DNA from: Dimorphilus gyrociliatus | Lineage: Eukaryota; Animalia; Annelida | Assembly: GCA_904063045.1 (NCBI GenBank) | Contig: CAJFCJ010000019.1 | Coordinates: 1,937,700 to 2,001,699 of the forward strand | Direction of reading: 5' to 3' | Length of the DNA stretch: 64,000 nucleotides | Shown: positions 22,989-36,702 of the stretch, in pieces | How positions within the stretch are numbered: position 1 is the stretch's first letter | Layout: each line of letters starts with the position of its first letter | Translations under genes and position numbers: made by a program | Notes under the pieces: model-generated | Seen by the model: the letters and a program-made list of their open reading frames with translations, nothing else | Database searches by the model: none | Told to the model about the DNA's origin: nothing

Positions 22989-24490
22989 TCTAGGCTAGAA
23001 AAAGGCGTCTGTTAGTAAAGAAAACGATTCAAAAATTGAACGCCATATTTGATTGTGTCCGTTGCTAAGGTAAAGGTCTGGTTCTCTGAATAATAGCCTT
23101 AAAGGGCCTATTATAAATCTCATTATTAGTCTTTTATTTCTAAAGCTCTTTATTGCTATTCGTACTTAACAAGATACTTAGTATCGATATTTCCTCTATC
23201 GAAGTAAACTTTCCCCCCGAAACGCCTCATCTTATCTTAAAAAAAAAAACCGATTCAAGAATTGGATTGCATTTTCATTACTTAACTTAAGAGGATTAAC
23301 ATTAAATAAGTGCTTACTGTTTTGTTTATATTCTATAGCTAATTTAACAATTAGCTAATCGATTATTATTAAGTAAAAAGGAAATGAATACTTCCTTTAT
23401 TTAAAAGAAAAAAGATAGAGGGAGAAAGATTGAAGAATTTCATCTATTTACGAAATAAAATAGCAACGCGAAATACTTTTTATACACGTTTTGATCAATG
23501 TATTTTTATTGTTTAAACAGCCTTTTTTCTAGTAATAAATTCTATACAGACGTTTCTATAAGAATACTATTTTTATCCATGAAAAAACTATCTATTTTAA
23601 TGAATGATGTTATATTTTGAATTGAAGCGAAAAAAAAACTCTTTTGCTCTCTAAAGGTCACTCATCTAAAGGTTATACACGTTTTCGTTTAGTTCCTTGG
23701 AAAAAATATATACTACGCTTATCAAGCTACATAGGCCTATGGAGATTATTTCACACGCTATCTATTTAATCGTAATAGATTATCTTTGAAATGTATTTAA
23801 TTGAAAGCTTCTTTAGGGCTGATGGACTGATTATGTGATTTACTTTTAGTTTTTCTTGGAAATTGTACAGAACTTAAAGGAAACAATAACATAAAGCTTT
23901 TCCTAATTGTGGCTTATTCACAAAAAGAGAGGAAGAAAGGCAGAGAGAGTGAGAGATAGAGAAAATAGCTCATTGTTTTCTAATGATAACTCATCAATTA
24001 TCAACAATTTCCTAAGAGATTAAGGAAATTCTAAAGAAAAGAAAAGTCGTTTTATTTCTTCCTTCATTGAAATAAACCTAATAAAACTTCTAAAAGAATA
24101 TTTATATAAATTCTTAATAAATTGTATAGATTTAGTAATAAAAAACCTAGAACTTTTCATAAATGTCAATTATATAAAATTAATTAGTATTAATCATAAT
24201 AGTTCGACTGGTTCTATCGACTAAGGGTTCAAATAGATTAGTTTTTAGTATAAAATCTTGATAAACATATTGAGTGAGTAGTGTTAAAATGTATATATAT
24301 ATATATATATATATATACAGTATGAACATTATTCAAATTAGTTAAAGTAATATAACAACTGGTGAGCTATAATAAATTAATAAAGGCGTTGTTTTTCTAT
24401 TTTAAATAGTTGATAATTAAATGAAAATATATTGAATAAATTCGTTATTAGTTAATTATTAAACTATTGAAATATTTTAGGAAATTAAGA

Positions 24491-26244
24491 ATGGACGTCA
24501 GTTTGGTTTTGTTTATGGTGTTAACATTTCAAGGAATTTTTGCAAATTCAAGTAATAATTATTAATTATTTAAATTAACTAAGTTTATAAATTAACTTAT
24601 TTATTTATTTTTTTTATATAATTAGATAGAACTGTTAGTTTTGAAACTATTAATACGTTCCTAATGGAGGTGTTTGCCGATGATTTGAGGCATGAGGCTT
24701 TGGTTAGCGAACTAAAAAAATCCTCTTCTGATGTTATTTGTTTACAAGAAGTATGGAGTGATTTAAGACTATCAAGGGTTAATTAACATAATTAATATTC
24801 AATTTTCAAAGAAAATCTATCATCTTTATTATTATTTTATAGTTATGCGAAAATTTAGCAGTGTCTTACCCATATTCATACAGTTCCTTACACGCTAAGG
24901 ATGGTTTTCTACCTGTTTCATTAGGATCAATGCAGAGTAAATGTCGTAAGGGTGCACTGGAACGAGTACTAGAATGTTCTGTATCAGCTTGTAAAAATGA
25001 AAGAAGTCTCGATAAATTTTTCGAATGTAATTTTAAAGTAAGCTATTTTAAATATGTTCTAAAATGTTTGAAAGATGATAGTAAGTCTTTATCGTTTGAT
25101 AAATTGTTCTATTTTATAGAAATGCAAAATATTACAAACACTTGGTGCAAAGTGTTTTGAATGTTATGTTATGCAGGCGAACATATGCAAATATAAAACA
25201 TCTACAAGGTTAAGCTTAACTGAATTCCTTATATGTTTAACGAATGATCTATTTTCTCAAAATGGAATGTGCACGTTAGTATCTCTTTACTTTTAATATT
25301 AACTATTTTATATTGTCAACCATTAGACAATTGGGAAGTGAACCAAATCGAAATCTAGGACTGTTAATATTGAGTAAAATTCCACTTAGAGTTGATTCTT
25401 TAACAACGTTTATTTACAATGAAAATGTTATTATTAAAAGAGGAATATTGGAAGCTAAACTGGTAATAAAAGAAAATGAACTCATTTATAATTCTTTAAT
25501 TATTTTTAAGTGCATATATTTTTCTTCTATGAACAGGAAGATGAATATGAAAGCCTTGTAAGTTGTACTCATCTTTCAGCGGATTCGTCATCATTCTTTG
25601 ATTGTAAGCGACTTTCGTTTACATTTATTTCCGGATCAGGTGTTAACCAAACGATATTTATTTTTTAATTAGACGCCGCTGGATTTAATTCCTGGTTTGA
25701 ACTTAAACAAGACGAAATAAATACTCTTATTAATCGTTATTCGGGCAAGTCTAATGTATATATTATGGGAGATTTTAACGTTGGACCAGAACTGCCAAAA
25801 GAAAATATAAATGGATACTTTCCTGAGTTATATAAGGTTTTAAATATTGCAAAAAATACAAACGAACAAACAAACAAACAAGCAATAGACCTATAATTGT
25901 GATTTTTTTCTCTTGTTTTTTAGAAACTAAGTGATTCTGGATTCAATAATCTAGCTGTAGACTATCTGCATCTATGTAGCTTTTGTAAGAAGAATATGCT
26001 TGTAAAAGTTGTTTATAAGGAAAAAGCTGAAAATTTGATAATTGATGGAATAATACCATTAAAAGTATCAAGAGAATTTAAAACTATCAAGGTGATAATT
26101 CCCTTTATCATTTTCATTACTTTATCCATTTCATTTATGTATTTTAAATAGAGGACAGCAATGAAGAATATTAGTTTACCCTTAAATTTTGACTTTTGTG
26201 TTTCTGATCATTGGGGAATAAAGGCTTCATTTTATGATTATTAG
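24491..26244 (+). CDS. Secreted endonuclease/exonuclease/phosphatase (EEP/DNase I-like) family protein with Cys-rich insert, 9 exons
   Basis: Signal-peptide-like start (MDVSLVLFMVLTFQGIFA) and EEP motifs DVICLQEVW, GLLILSK, CTHL, IMGDFN, IDG, SDHWGI; all junctions GT-AG and in frame. Confidence 0.8.
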
Positions 26245-27161
26245 TGAAATTTGTTATTTTTTTCACGCAGATGTACACACACACACACACACACACACGC
26301 ATACTCTCTTTATCTCTCTATCTCTCTTTCTCTCTGTCTTCGTCTCTTTTCTGTGTCAATTTAGAATTCATAGCAGACAATTAAACAGTAAACATGTTCA
26401 AACTCTGTTATTGTTATGCAATATTTATGATTTTCTTAGGGTTAAAAAGGAAATACGGTTTTTGACGGACAGATTCTATAAATTTTTAGATTCTTTAGAT
26501 GCAAATGTAGGGAATACTATGAATATCACGTTTATATGACAATTATTTCTCGTCCAAGAGATAATTGTAGTTATTATTCTTATAAAAGTACTTATTCATT
26601 AGTGAATAGCGGCGTTAGTGACTTAAATGATAACAAATGCAAATATGAATATCGTTAAACATAATTTCAATATTATCAGTCTTATACTTTATTCAAATCA
26701 GCAAAAATGTAAATTTAACATAGTATAGGTTGAATTATTTGCATATTATTAATATAATATAATACTATAGCCTTTATACTTCAGTCAAATTATCTTTAGA
26801 TCCCTATCGAATGTGAAGACAGTAAAAAGACAAACTAAAGTATTGACAAATGTATCGTGTAATGAGATTTATTCTTCGTACGAAAACTGATTTCGCTCTC
26901 TAAGTTAATCGTTATTTCACGTTGTAAAATGATAAAATAGAGATTTCTAGTTGAATTTTAATCTAGAGAGGCCAACGACGATGACGATGAGAAAGCCAAA
27001 ATCGTTTCGTATTTTTGTTATATTTTCAGTTTTGTAGGATTAAATAAAATCAATACTCGTTTTCAGCAAGCTGAACAGTATTGTGCATAAAACAGAACAT
27101 ATTGAAAATTTGCAAAATCATCCTGTAGAGACATTAGCTGTTTAAGAAGTAAAGTTAAAGG

Positions 27162-28706
27162 ATGAAGATGGAATGTGACCAAGTCCTTTTAGCCCTGGGG
27201 GCATCTGCTATTGCTAAATATCTTGCAATGTATTTCATGGAAAATAAGAAACCAGATAATCTAGAATATGTTGGAAAAATTTCATCTCTTAAACTATTTC
27301 CTGTTAAAAGTCTCGGTGAAATTGATATTAAACGTGCTAATTGTACAAAGATGGGATTAGAATACGAAGGATTCTTTGATAGGTTAGTTAGTTTCTCTTC
27401 TTTAACATATTTCCTAATGTCAGATCTTACCTTAAAAGTTAAACTAATGGCTTAAAAATTCCTTGATTAAATACATCTTCAAAAAGCTGCTTAGATGTAG
27501 TCATTTTCTTTTTTAAAGTTTACGACTTTCCGTACTAAAGAGTATCCCTTACAGGGATTCATACGAATATTTACTATAAAAGGAAACCTACATTGGTTCT
27601 TTCTAACAAATATACGTAATTAATCACGTTTTAGGCGTTGGGTTCTTATAGATAGCGCTAACAAGATAATAACAATGAGAGAGTGCCCGAAACTCTGTTA
27701 TGTTTCCTGTAATCTTTCCGGAGAGAATGTTATCTTTTCTGCTCCTGATCACGAAGATTTGATCGTTAACCGTAATCTGGACACTAAAACTTCCCCACTC
27801 CTAAATATACAGTAAGTACTGTAACGAGTCAAAGGTATGGAGTGAACTTGTGCACTATGTGTTTACATTGTATTCAGAATTCATGGCGATCCACTGAAAG
27901 CTTACGATTGTGGAGATGTTCCAGCCAATTGGTTCGCAGCCTACATAAATGATTCTTCGTCCAGAATCAGGCTACTGTACGCTCCACCTGGCGACACTGG
28001 TCGTTTTATAGTTAATAACAAAAAAGCAACCAATTTTTCGCATAGAGTTCAAGAAGATGATGAAGTAATCACATAGATTTATATCATAAACAAACTATCT
28101 TAAACAGATGAATTTCGTGCAAAATTTATGTGTCCATCTAGGTGGGAACTTCTGACCAAGCTCCGTACTTATTGATTACCAGTGAATCCTTAAAAGACTT
28201 AGAGGGAAAGGTTGGGAGGAACCTAGATAGGTCTTTCAGGCCTAATATTGTTGTTTCTGGATCAAATGCTGCTTTCGACGAAGTAAAAAAAAAAAAAATT
28301 AAAAACAAAAACACATTTAATTAAATGTATATAGTAGTGTATTAGAGTATTTAAATAAGCTCTATAATCTATATTTAGGACGATTGGGACGTTATTTACA
28401 TAGGAGACGCTAGATTTAAAACATGGAAATATTGCGGAAGATGCGTATTGACAACTGTTGATCACGATGAAGGGATTAGAGATCCAAAGGCTGAACCGCT
28501 AATGACTTTAAGAAAGTAAGAAAAATAAGCGTTTAATAAATAGAATGTACAACAATTTCTTCTATAAATAAAAAAAAATGTATAAATTTAGATATCGAAT
28601 GATACATTCTGCCGATCCGTATAACCCCATTTTCGGATTATACCTTGCAAACGAGAAAAAAGGAGAAATCAAAGTTGGTGATAAAATTTATGTCAAAAGA
28701 AGATAA
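27162..28706 (+). CDS. MTARC: mARC/MOSC molybdoenzyme, unit 1 (6 exons)
   Basis: Signal anchor, LFPVKS, DRRW, SDQAPYL, FRPNIVV, CGRC..TTVD, EPLMTLR, FG...G.IKVGD. Confidence 0.92.
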
Positions 28707-29082
28707 ATTAATTATAAAATATAATTCAATAAAATTATAGTAAAATAAAAAGAGACTTTTAGTTTAACTTTAGCAAATAGGTTTGATTATATCTCAACGA
28801 GATAGCAAGAAAATTCACTAGATAGGTGCGCCACCTATATACATAGAGTATACACTTATAACTATTTGTCTACATGTCGTTATTTCGTATTATCTATTAA
28901 CCTTTAGAACTTAGATGGGACAATAACGAAATTAGAGATATCTAGATTACACCATCTGTTGAAATACAAATTCAAGAATTGGTCATTTGTAAACTTTGTG
29001 AAGTAGACAAAAGCTTATTGAAAATAACTATTAAATATAGAATTAAATTACTTTTAAGTAATCGAAAAGATTAATTGGAAAT

Positions 29083-30560
29083 ATGACTTTCGATTCAATT
29101 TTATTAGCATTAGGAGCCTCTTCTGCTTTAAAATATGCAGTTATGTATTTTATGAAGGATAGAAAACCTAACAATCTAGAATATGTTGGTCGTATATCAT
29201 CTTTGAATTTGTATCCTGTAAAATCTTTACAAGAAGTATCAATCCTTCAAGCCAATTGTACTAAAAAAGGTCTTGAATATAATGGATTTTTCGACAGGTA
29301 TTCAATTAAATAAATCTAGTATTATATTTATCAAAAAGAGCTCTTTTTTGTCTATCTGTTTGTTTTTTTTATTGTTTCTTGCTCGATGAAGCATGCTTTT
29401 AAATGATTATTCTTTTTATTTTTTTTTTTTAAAAAAAAAACACAAAAAAAATAATCGAAATATAATTTAGACAATAAAGTTGTCATCCATCCTACGTGAG
29501 TAGAATCATGTTTTACAAAAGAGGTTATACTATCGTAATTAGGCGTTGGGCGTTAATCGACAAGAATGATAAGCTTATTACCCTAAGAGAAATACCCAAA
29601 CTATGCCTTATAAGTTGTAAAGTGTCTGAACAAAGGATTATCTTCTCAACTAATGAACAAGAAGACCTCTCAATTGATCTTGAACTTTATAATGAGCGAG
29701 ACAATAATTCAAAAATTAGCATTGAGTAAGCAAATAGTATTAATTAATTAAATATTAAACTTTTTTCTCAATTAAAGTATATGGGATGATTATGTTGATG
29801 TTTTCGATTGTGGTGAAAAACCATCGGAATGGTTTTCGAGATATTGCAATCAGCATATTAGGCTTGTTTATTCACCACCTGGAGTTACTGGACGTTACTT
29901 GATTAATAGCGTTAATGAAGATCAATTTAAGCACAATATACGTGACGATGACGAGGTTATAGACTATTATTTGCAATCATTGCATAAAGTATTTTATAAT
30001 ATTTTGTAACAGGCTGGTACAGCTAATGATGGACCTTATTTACTGACAACGCAGGAATCTTTCCAGGATGTTGATCGAAGAGTTGATAGATCTTTAAATC
30101 CATCATGCTTTAGATCGAATATTATTATTAATGGGACAAGAGAAGCCTTTGATGAGGTTTGATAAATTAATACATTAGATGGGACGTAGACGATAGTAGT
30201 GAACTTTTATACTTTAAAAACTTAGGATAATTGGGATCTTATTTTTATCGGAGATGCTAAGTTCAAAGTATGGAAATTATGTGGTAGATGTAGTATAACT
30301 ACAGTAATGTTAGATACGGGCGTAAAAGACTTGAAATTTGAACCATTAACAACCTTAAGAAAGTATTTATATACCAACAAAAATATTTTGTTTTTATTAT
30401 AGAAAACCTATTTTAAATATGACATTTTAGATATCGAATAAGACCAGAAATCTCTAGGACAAATCCTATCTTTGGTATTAACTTGGTTCTCATGCAATCT
30501 GGCTCTATTGCAGTTGGTGATAAAGTCTTCGTTAAAAGACTACCAAAAATCAATTTTTAA
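29083..30560 (+). CDS. MTARC: mARC/MOSC molybdoenzyme, unit 2 (6 exons)
   Basis: Same exon structure as unit 1; LYPVKS, DRRW, ANDGPYL, FRSNII, CGRC, EPLTTLR; AATAAA at 30583. Confidence 0.9.
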
Positions 30561-30900
30561 AAAAATCCTATCTTATCAATACAATAAATAAATCCATAGT
30601 GAAAAATGAAAATATGATATCTATTAAGATAATCAATCAATCAATCAATCAATTGCTTGACAAGAATTAGTATTTAATTAAGGAATATGAAATTGTACAT
30701 TTTATTAAGGAATAACATACCTCACATCCTCCTTCTAATATATCTATTGCATTTCCATTAATAGCCGCTTATCTCTGTGATATAATTGCTTAATTTTCTA
30801 TAATTAACAAACGCTATTATGCATATACAAACATAAGTATATTTATAATTACATATATATACTGAAAATAGTACATGTTTCGTTTTTCTAATTAATACAG

Positions 30901-32088
30901 GAGATGGCTTATAGTCAATTCGCAAATGAAAATGGTGACTTTAACTATGCAACCACGTTTCAGTCATATTAAGACAAAGTTTTTGGATGATGGAATTGAA
31001 ATATACGTTCCAACAAATCCTGATATTCCAGCCTTAACTTTAACGAGTAATTTATCAAAATTCGACAAGAATAGTCGATTAGAAATTGTGTAAGAAAAAA
31101 AAACTATATTCCTTTAACTGGAAAGATAAAAAAAAAACGTATATAACAACCATATTAATTTTACAGGCTTTATGGAGAAAAGTGTACCATGTACGATTGT
31201 GGCTTAGCAGGTCAGGAGTGGTTAGAAAAGTTCTTTGATTTAAAAGGCTTCAAATTTCTTTACTTTCCTTCGGAAGTTGGTAGTAGATCAGTTAGCACCT
31301 ATAAGCCAAAATATCCTTGGGTGTCCACAGCTGGAGATCTAACGGATATGGTAAGTTTTCTTTCTTTTTGCTTTAAAATCACTTTGTAAAAATAAAATGG
31401 CCTTACTTCAATAAGAAGCCTTTTTACATATGGATTTATTAACTCTTACAAATATAAATAACAGGTTGGCTGCGCAAATTTTGCTCCTTTTCTCCTAGGA
31501 TCGGAATCTTCTTTAAAGGATCTGAATGATAGGATAAAAGGAGATCCTTTGAAGATGATCAATTTTAGACCTAATATTATTATCGAGGGAACCAAACCGT
31601 GGGATGAGGTAAGAATATAAAGAACATATAGAAAGCAGAAAAGATATTAATATTTATAAAAATTCTACGTAACGTTGTTGACGTTTTCATATATTCTATT
31701 TTTCTAGGACGACTGGGAATACGTCTTCATAAATAATGTTTGCTTTAAAAGAATAAAGGATTGCACAAGATGTCCAATGACTACGCTCGACCCTCAGAAG
31801 GGTAAGCTAAGAGAAGATGGAGAACCACTAAAAACTCTACAAACGTAAGTGATAATTAAGAGAAGGGGAAAAAGGAGGAGGAAGGGGAGGACGTAAATAG
31901 ACATAAATCAATTTACTAAATACAATTCCTTATTCCTATGCGTAAATAGGTTCAGAACAAAACCTGAAGAGTATGGAAATAAAACAATGTTTGGCCTTAA
32001 TGTTCTAACCAAAAGATCCGGAAAAATAACAGTTGGTGACGCCGTTTACGTGATTAGAACCTCTGATTATAAGAAAGGATTTTATTAA
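30901..32088 (+). CDS. MTARC: mARC/MOSC unit 3: exons 2-6 only (30901-31089, 31167-31350, 31465-31608, and two more to 32088), no own exon 1
   Basis: Open in-frame exons with the same intron phases as units 1-2; ANFAPFL, NFRPNII, CTRC..TTLDP, EPLKTL; no exon-1 motif (YPVKS) seen in 30561-30900. Confidence 0.8.
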
Positions 32089-32541
32089 AATAGAACGAAA
32101 AGAAGGGAGGATAATAGAAGATGAGGTTTTTTTTAATCCTTTCTTAGTAAGACGAGGATTAAAACTAATTAATCAATTTGACTAAAATAATAATCAAAAT
32201 GGATTTTAGTTTACTTGTAAAACTTCTTTTTAAGAAATAAACAATTCACTTTAAATAATTAAATATATATTTAATAGCAATGTTACGCAATGGCTATAAT
32301 TTAGAATACATATAAGTATACATATATATATATAACAGGGATAACCTTTCAAATTCTATGCTTCTGTACTTCTTCAATTAGCAAGTAAATGTCATTGATG
32401 ATTCGATAAAGATTGAATATACAAGATTATTTCCGATTGTGAAATCTAATGAAATGCCTTTTCTTTATCAAAAATAATATACAAAATGATATTATTTTAT
32501 ATCAAAAGTTGTGTCTAATAAATAAAATAAATCTGATTAGA

Positions 32542-35165
32542 TTATCTTTCAATCTTCTTTGATTTCGCGTATAAATATAGAACCTGAAGAGGTAAGAACA
32601 GTATATATATATAGACAATATATAGATATATTGATAGATAATTAACGCCATCTTTCAGCAATTTAATATCAAGTAGGACTAAGAGAATACAATAATGAAA
32701 AACTAGATTTTTTAAAACTTACCTCATATATTAATTTATATTGTTCTTTTGTTTGAACAGAGCCATTTCTATCATTTCTTATCGTTTGAACACGATTTAA
32801 AATGTCAATCCATTTCTCTTGATCATAATCGTTCATGCTTATTAATATAGCTATAACTGTTCCAGTTCTTCCTGTTCCCGTACTGCAATGTACGATTGGT
32901 CGACCCTGACTTAATTCTATATATGGTCGACAGAATTTAGTCAAGTTTAATATTTTGGTTGAAGAGTCTTTAGAGTCATTAATTTCAGACCAAGACTTAA
33001 GCCAAATATGGTGAACTTGTCTACTTAGGTCTTTCTTTTAGGATTTTTAGAGGAAAATAATAATTTTTATATTAGATTGATAAAATATAGAAAATCTAAT
33101 GAATATTCATACTTCTGTATATTTTAATAATAAAGTGGAATGTACCAAATCGTCATGCTCAGTTCGTTTTTGCAATAAGATCTCGTATTTTCCACAATAC
33201 ATCCATATATTCCCCCTCTCCGTATCAGGCCAATATTGCGTGCACTTTGGCTGGGAGATAGAAGAAAGAATTAGTTGGAAATTATTACCTATAGGCCTAA
33301 TTTTGGATAAAATTTCTCTCATTTGTTAATACTATATATAGTATATAGAAGTATTATTGTTGGTGTGCGTATGTGCACGCTGTTTGTTTCTATACCATAG
33401 GTATCGAATGAAGTATAAACCTGGTTATTTTCTATTATATTAACAAGCATGATGATAATTTGTGATTGCTGCTCCCAAACCATTTTCCAAAAGTCTTCTT
33501 GAGTATTCTCTAATGGAGCTTGAGTTGCTATAAATCCTTTGGTCTGACCCTTTTTTATCATTATTTAATTATATAAATTGAATAAAATCCTATGCAAATT
33601 TTATTCAAATTTTACTTACGTCAACTGGTTGTATGTAATTGGCATTTATATATTGGCCATCTTCCAAAGTAACTCTAGTTCTTGGTTCTGTATATTTCAT
33701 ATAAGATTATTCGTTATTAGTATTATTATAACTAAGAATTATACTATGAAACATAGGTCTAATTAGGGAAGATAACTAGATATCGATTCAAAAACTTAGA
33801 GAGAGAGAGAGAAATAGTGAGTAGAGAAAGAAAAAAGAGAGAAAAGAAAGTAGTAAGAATCGACTATCTATTTATCTTTGCTCTACACAATTAAAATATT
33901 TCTATACACCCGGAATAACGTTGGAGAAGCGATTCTTTCCGGTAGCGTCCTTTGGCAAGACGTCACCAGTATGCTTATGAATTGGTATTGTATCAAATTC
34001 CCTATTCAACTCTTGGCAATTTTCACAAGCTTTTTCTAATTCAGCCCATTTAAGGCGTCTAGTCAATACGACGTCACTCTAAATGAAAGAAAAAAAACTT
34101 TACTCTATCATTTTTTTCTCATTCTCCTATAAAAAAGAAAATAATTTCCTTTTCCTACTTGAAATTTTAAGGCGTCATTCTCATACGAATATTTGTTTCG
34201 GATAATTCGACTACTGTGGCGACTTCTAGATGAAATCCTTTGACTCGAGAATCGAATACTTGCCGAACGTTTCATTTCCTTAACTTTCCAATAAAAAATT
34301 AAAGAACGCTTTAAAGAAACAATACATAGATGTATATATATATATTACGAAATAGTTGAAAATGATGGATTTATATTAAACCTTACTATTTTAATAACAA
34401 GGAAAAAGAGAACGATTCCACCCCCCAACACGCTGATAACAGAAGCAATAATAACGCCAATGTTCGATTTCTCTTCCTTATCTTCGTTTAAGGCAGGAGT
34501 TGCATGATTATTATTATTATCAACATTTACAGTATTCACTATAGGTCGAAAACTGACGTGACGTCTAGTTGAAGGATTAAATAATCTGGGGCTAGTAAAG
34601 CGAATTGATAGTAATTTCATTGTCAGTCCTTTATTTCCTTTTGAATAGGTTTTATTAAGGTTTAGACCAGCTGATATATTTTGTCTATTTGAAAGAAATA
34701 TTAACTAAAAGGCTACTAGCAAGAATATTTAGAGGAAAAACCTATGAGGAATTTCTGTAGTATTACTGTTCCCTATAGTCCAATTCCAAGGGTTATCGCT
34801 TATGTTCGCTCTACCTGAAATACTGCTCGAATATTTATTTATAAATAAACAAATATTAAGTAAAAATAACAACAAATGTTTGTAGTATAGGTAAAACATT
34901 AAATAAACAAACCTATGACCTCCCGCAAACTTATTTGAGATATTCTTTTTACTTTCATTAGCAGCATCTTTTTTATGAACAGCTTGGTTCTTTTTTTCAT
35001 AATTCGTCAATGTACCATTACTATTTGTATATTGATATCCACAACTAATTAAAGAGATATTCCAACTATCTAAATATTTATGTATCCTGATTATTTATTA
35101 ATAAACAAAAATCAAAGTATAAACATACTGATTAACAATAAGTAAAAAGTCAGCCTTAACTCCAT
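32542..35165 (-). CDS. Single-domain receptor-type protein tyrosine phosphatase with short N-glycosylated ectodomain
   Basis: Signal peptide, TM segment [77 protein letters not shown]. Confidence 0.88.
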
Positions 35166-36702
35166 AGTATTTTCAACAAAATAGAAAAAATAAATACAAG
35201 TATCTCCTTACTTCAATTAATTAGGTAGGCAAACAAAAAAGTGGGAGGATTTATATCGAAATAGAGAGAGATAGAGAGAGAAAGAGAGAGAGAGACAAAC
35301 AGACAGACAGATAGAGAAATATGGTTTATTCAAATATACGATGGTGAATAAGGAAAAATTCACTCTGCAACAATTGAGGCCTATATAGCATATGTTTATA
35401 AATCTATAAATCTATTTCTAAAATAACTTAAAAAAAAGAGATGGTTTTTTTCTTGTTTAAAATAATAAAGAAATAGAAATTTATTGAAAAAATTGTTTTT
35501 TTTAAAAAAAATGGAAATAACATAAAAAAAGAAAAAAAAAAGCCAATTAAAATAATCGAAAAAAGCGAGACGAAGCTCATTGGATTTTAGCCAATTTAAT
35601 ATTATAGAAAGTGCATTCGTTGAATATTAAAGTAGCACTTTTTACTATTCGAAGAAAGTCCCTTGAGATTTTTACAGTAGTTTGTTATCATCTAATCAAA
35701 TAAGATGAATTATTCATCGTAAAATCTGAATATTATTAATAAATATTGCGTAATAGTATTTATAATCTTTTATTGAAATATTTAAAGATAGTCTTTTATG
35801 TTCTTCTTTTATTAAATGCACACTTTCTATTTGTTTCAAGTCCCTACTTCCCTGAATACTTTGATGTGATTATATATGAAGTAGGGATTTAAGAAGAATT
35901 GTTATTCAGCAGACAATTAAAAGCTCAAACAGATGTCGTTAGTGATGCTTGTAATAGATCCTATTAGGCTCTTTCAATGTCTTTGTTATTCAAGTCAACA
36001 GGTATAGTAAAGTAATTGAAGGAAACAAAAAGAAAATAGATGAGAAGGATCATAGGAATGAATATAAATAAAGAGAGAATGAAAGGAGGAAAGAAAGAAA
36101 GGAGAAAGAAAGAGAGTGGATGAAACATATAGTCATTGAGAAAAAAGAGGAAAGACTGTATAGAGGAAAAGGTAGAACAAGGAATTTGTTCTCTTTGAAA
36201 TGGAATGGAAACGTGGATAAACAATGGAATTGAATTTTATATTCTCTCCAAAGGCACATTTTTCTCTGTAGGAAAGAAAAAGAAACGAATAGGCTTTCAG
36301 TACATTATTCCGTAAACGTTCGTCCGGTTCGATTCATCCGAGATCTTTCTAAGCGTCTAGGCCCATTAGCCAGCGTCCGGTCGCCGGGGACATGGAAAAA
36401 ATAATGAACATTTTGCTCCCGCCCTACCGCATTTGTGTATGTAACCTTTGGCTAAGAAAAATTCTAGAAGGCTCATCGTTTCAATTGCTTAAGGGTTAGA
36501 ACTTGAGTCAGCCGAAGTGTAAAATAGGAAAAAACGACTTAAAGGTCGTCACTCAATAGGCCTACTTAATTAATTAGCGCCAACGCACTTATAAGTTTTA
36601 CGCGAGGACGGTAAAAGGTGTTTCAATTATACGGTTTAAATATAGCGCCATCTAGACGGAACAGCATCATCAGACTGCAACGATATGTTTGCGGAATAAA
36701 TA

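Noticed and set aside
35841-36001. Exon-like AG...GT segment on the plus strand
   Set aside because: Stops in all three frames; at most non-coding.
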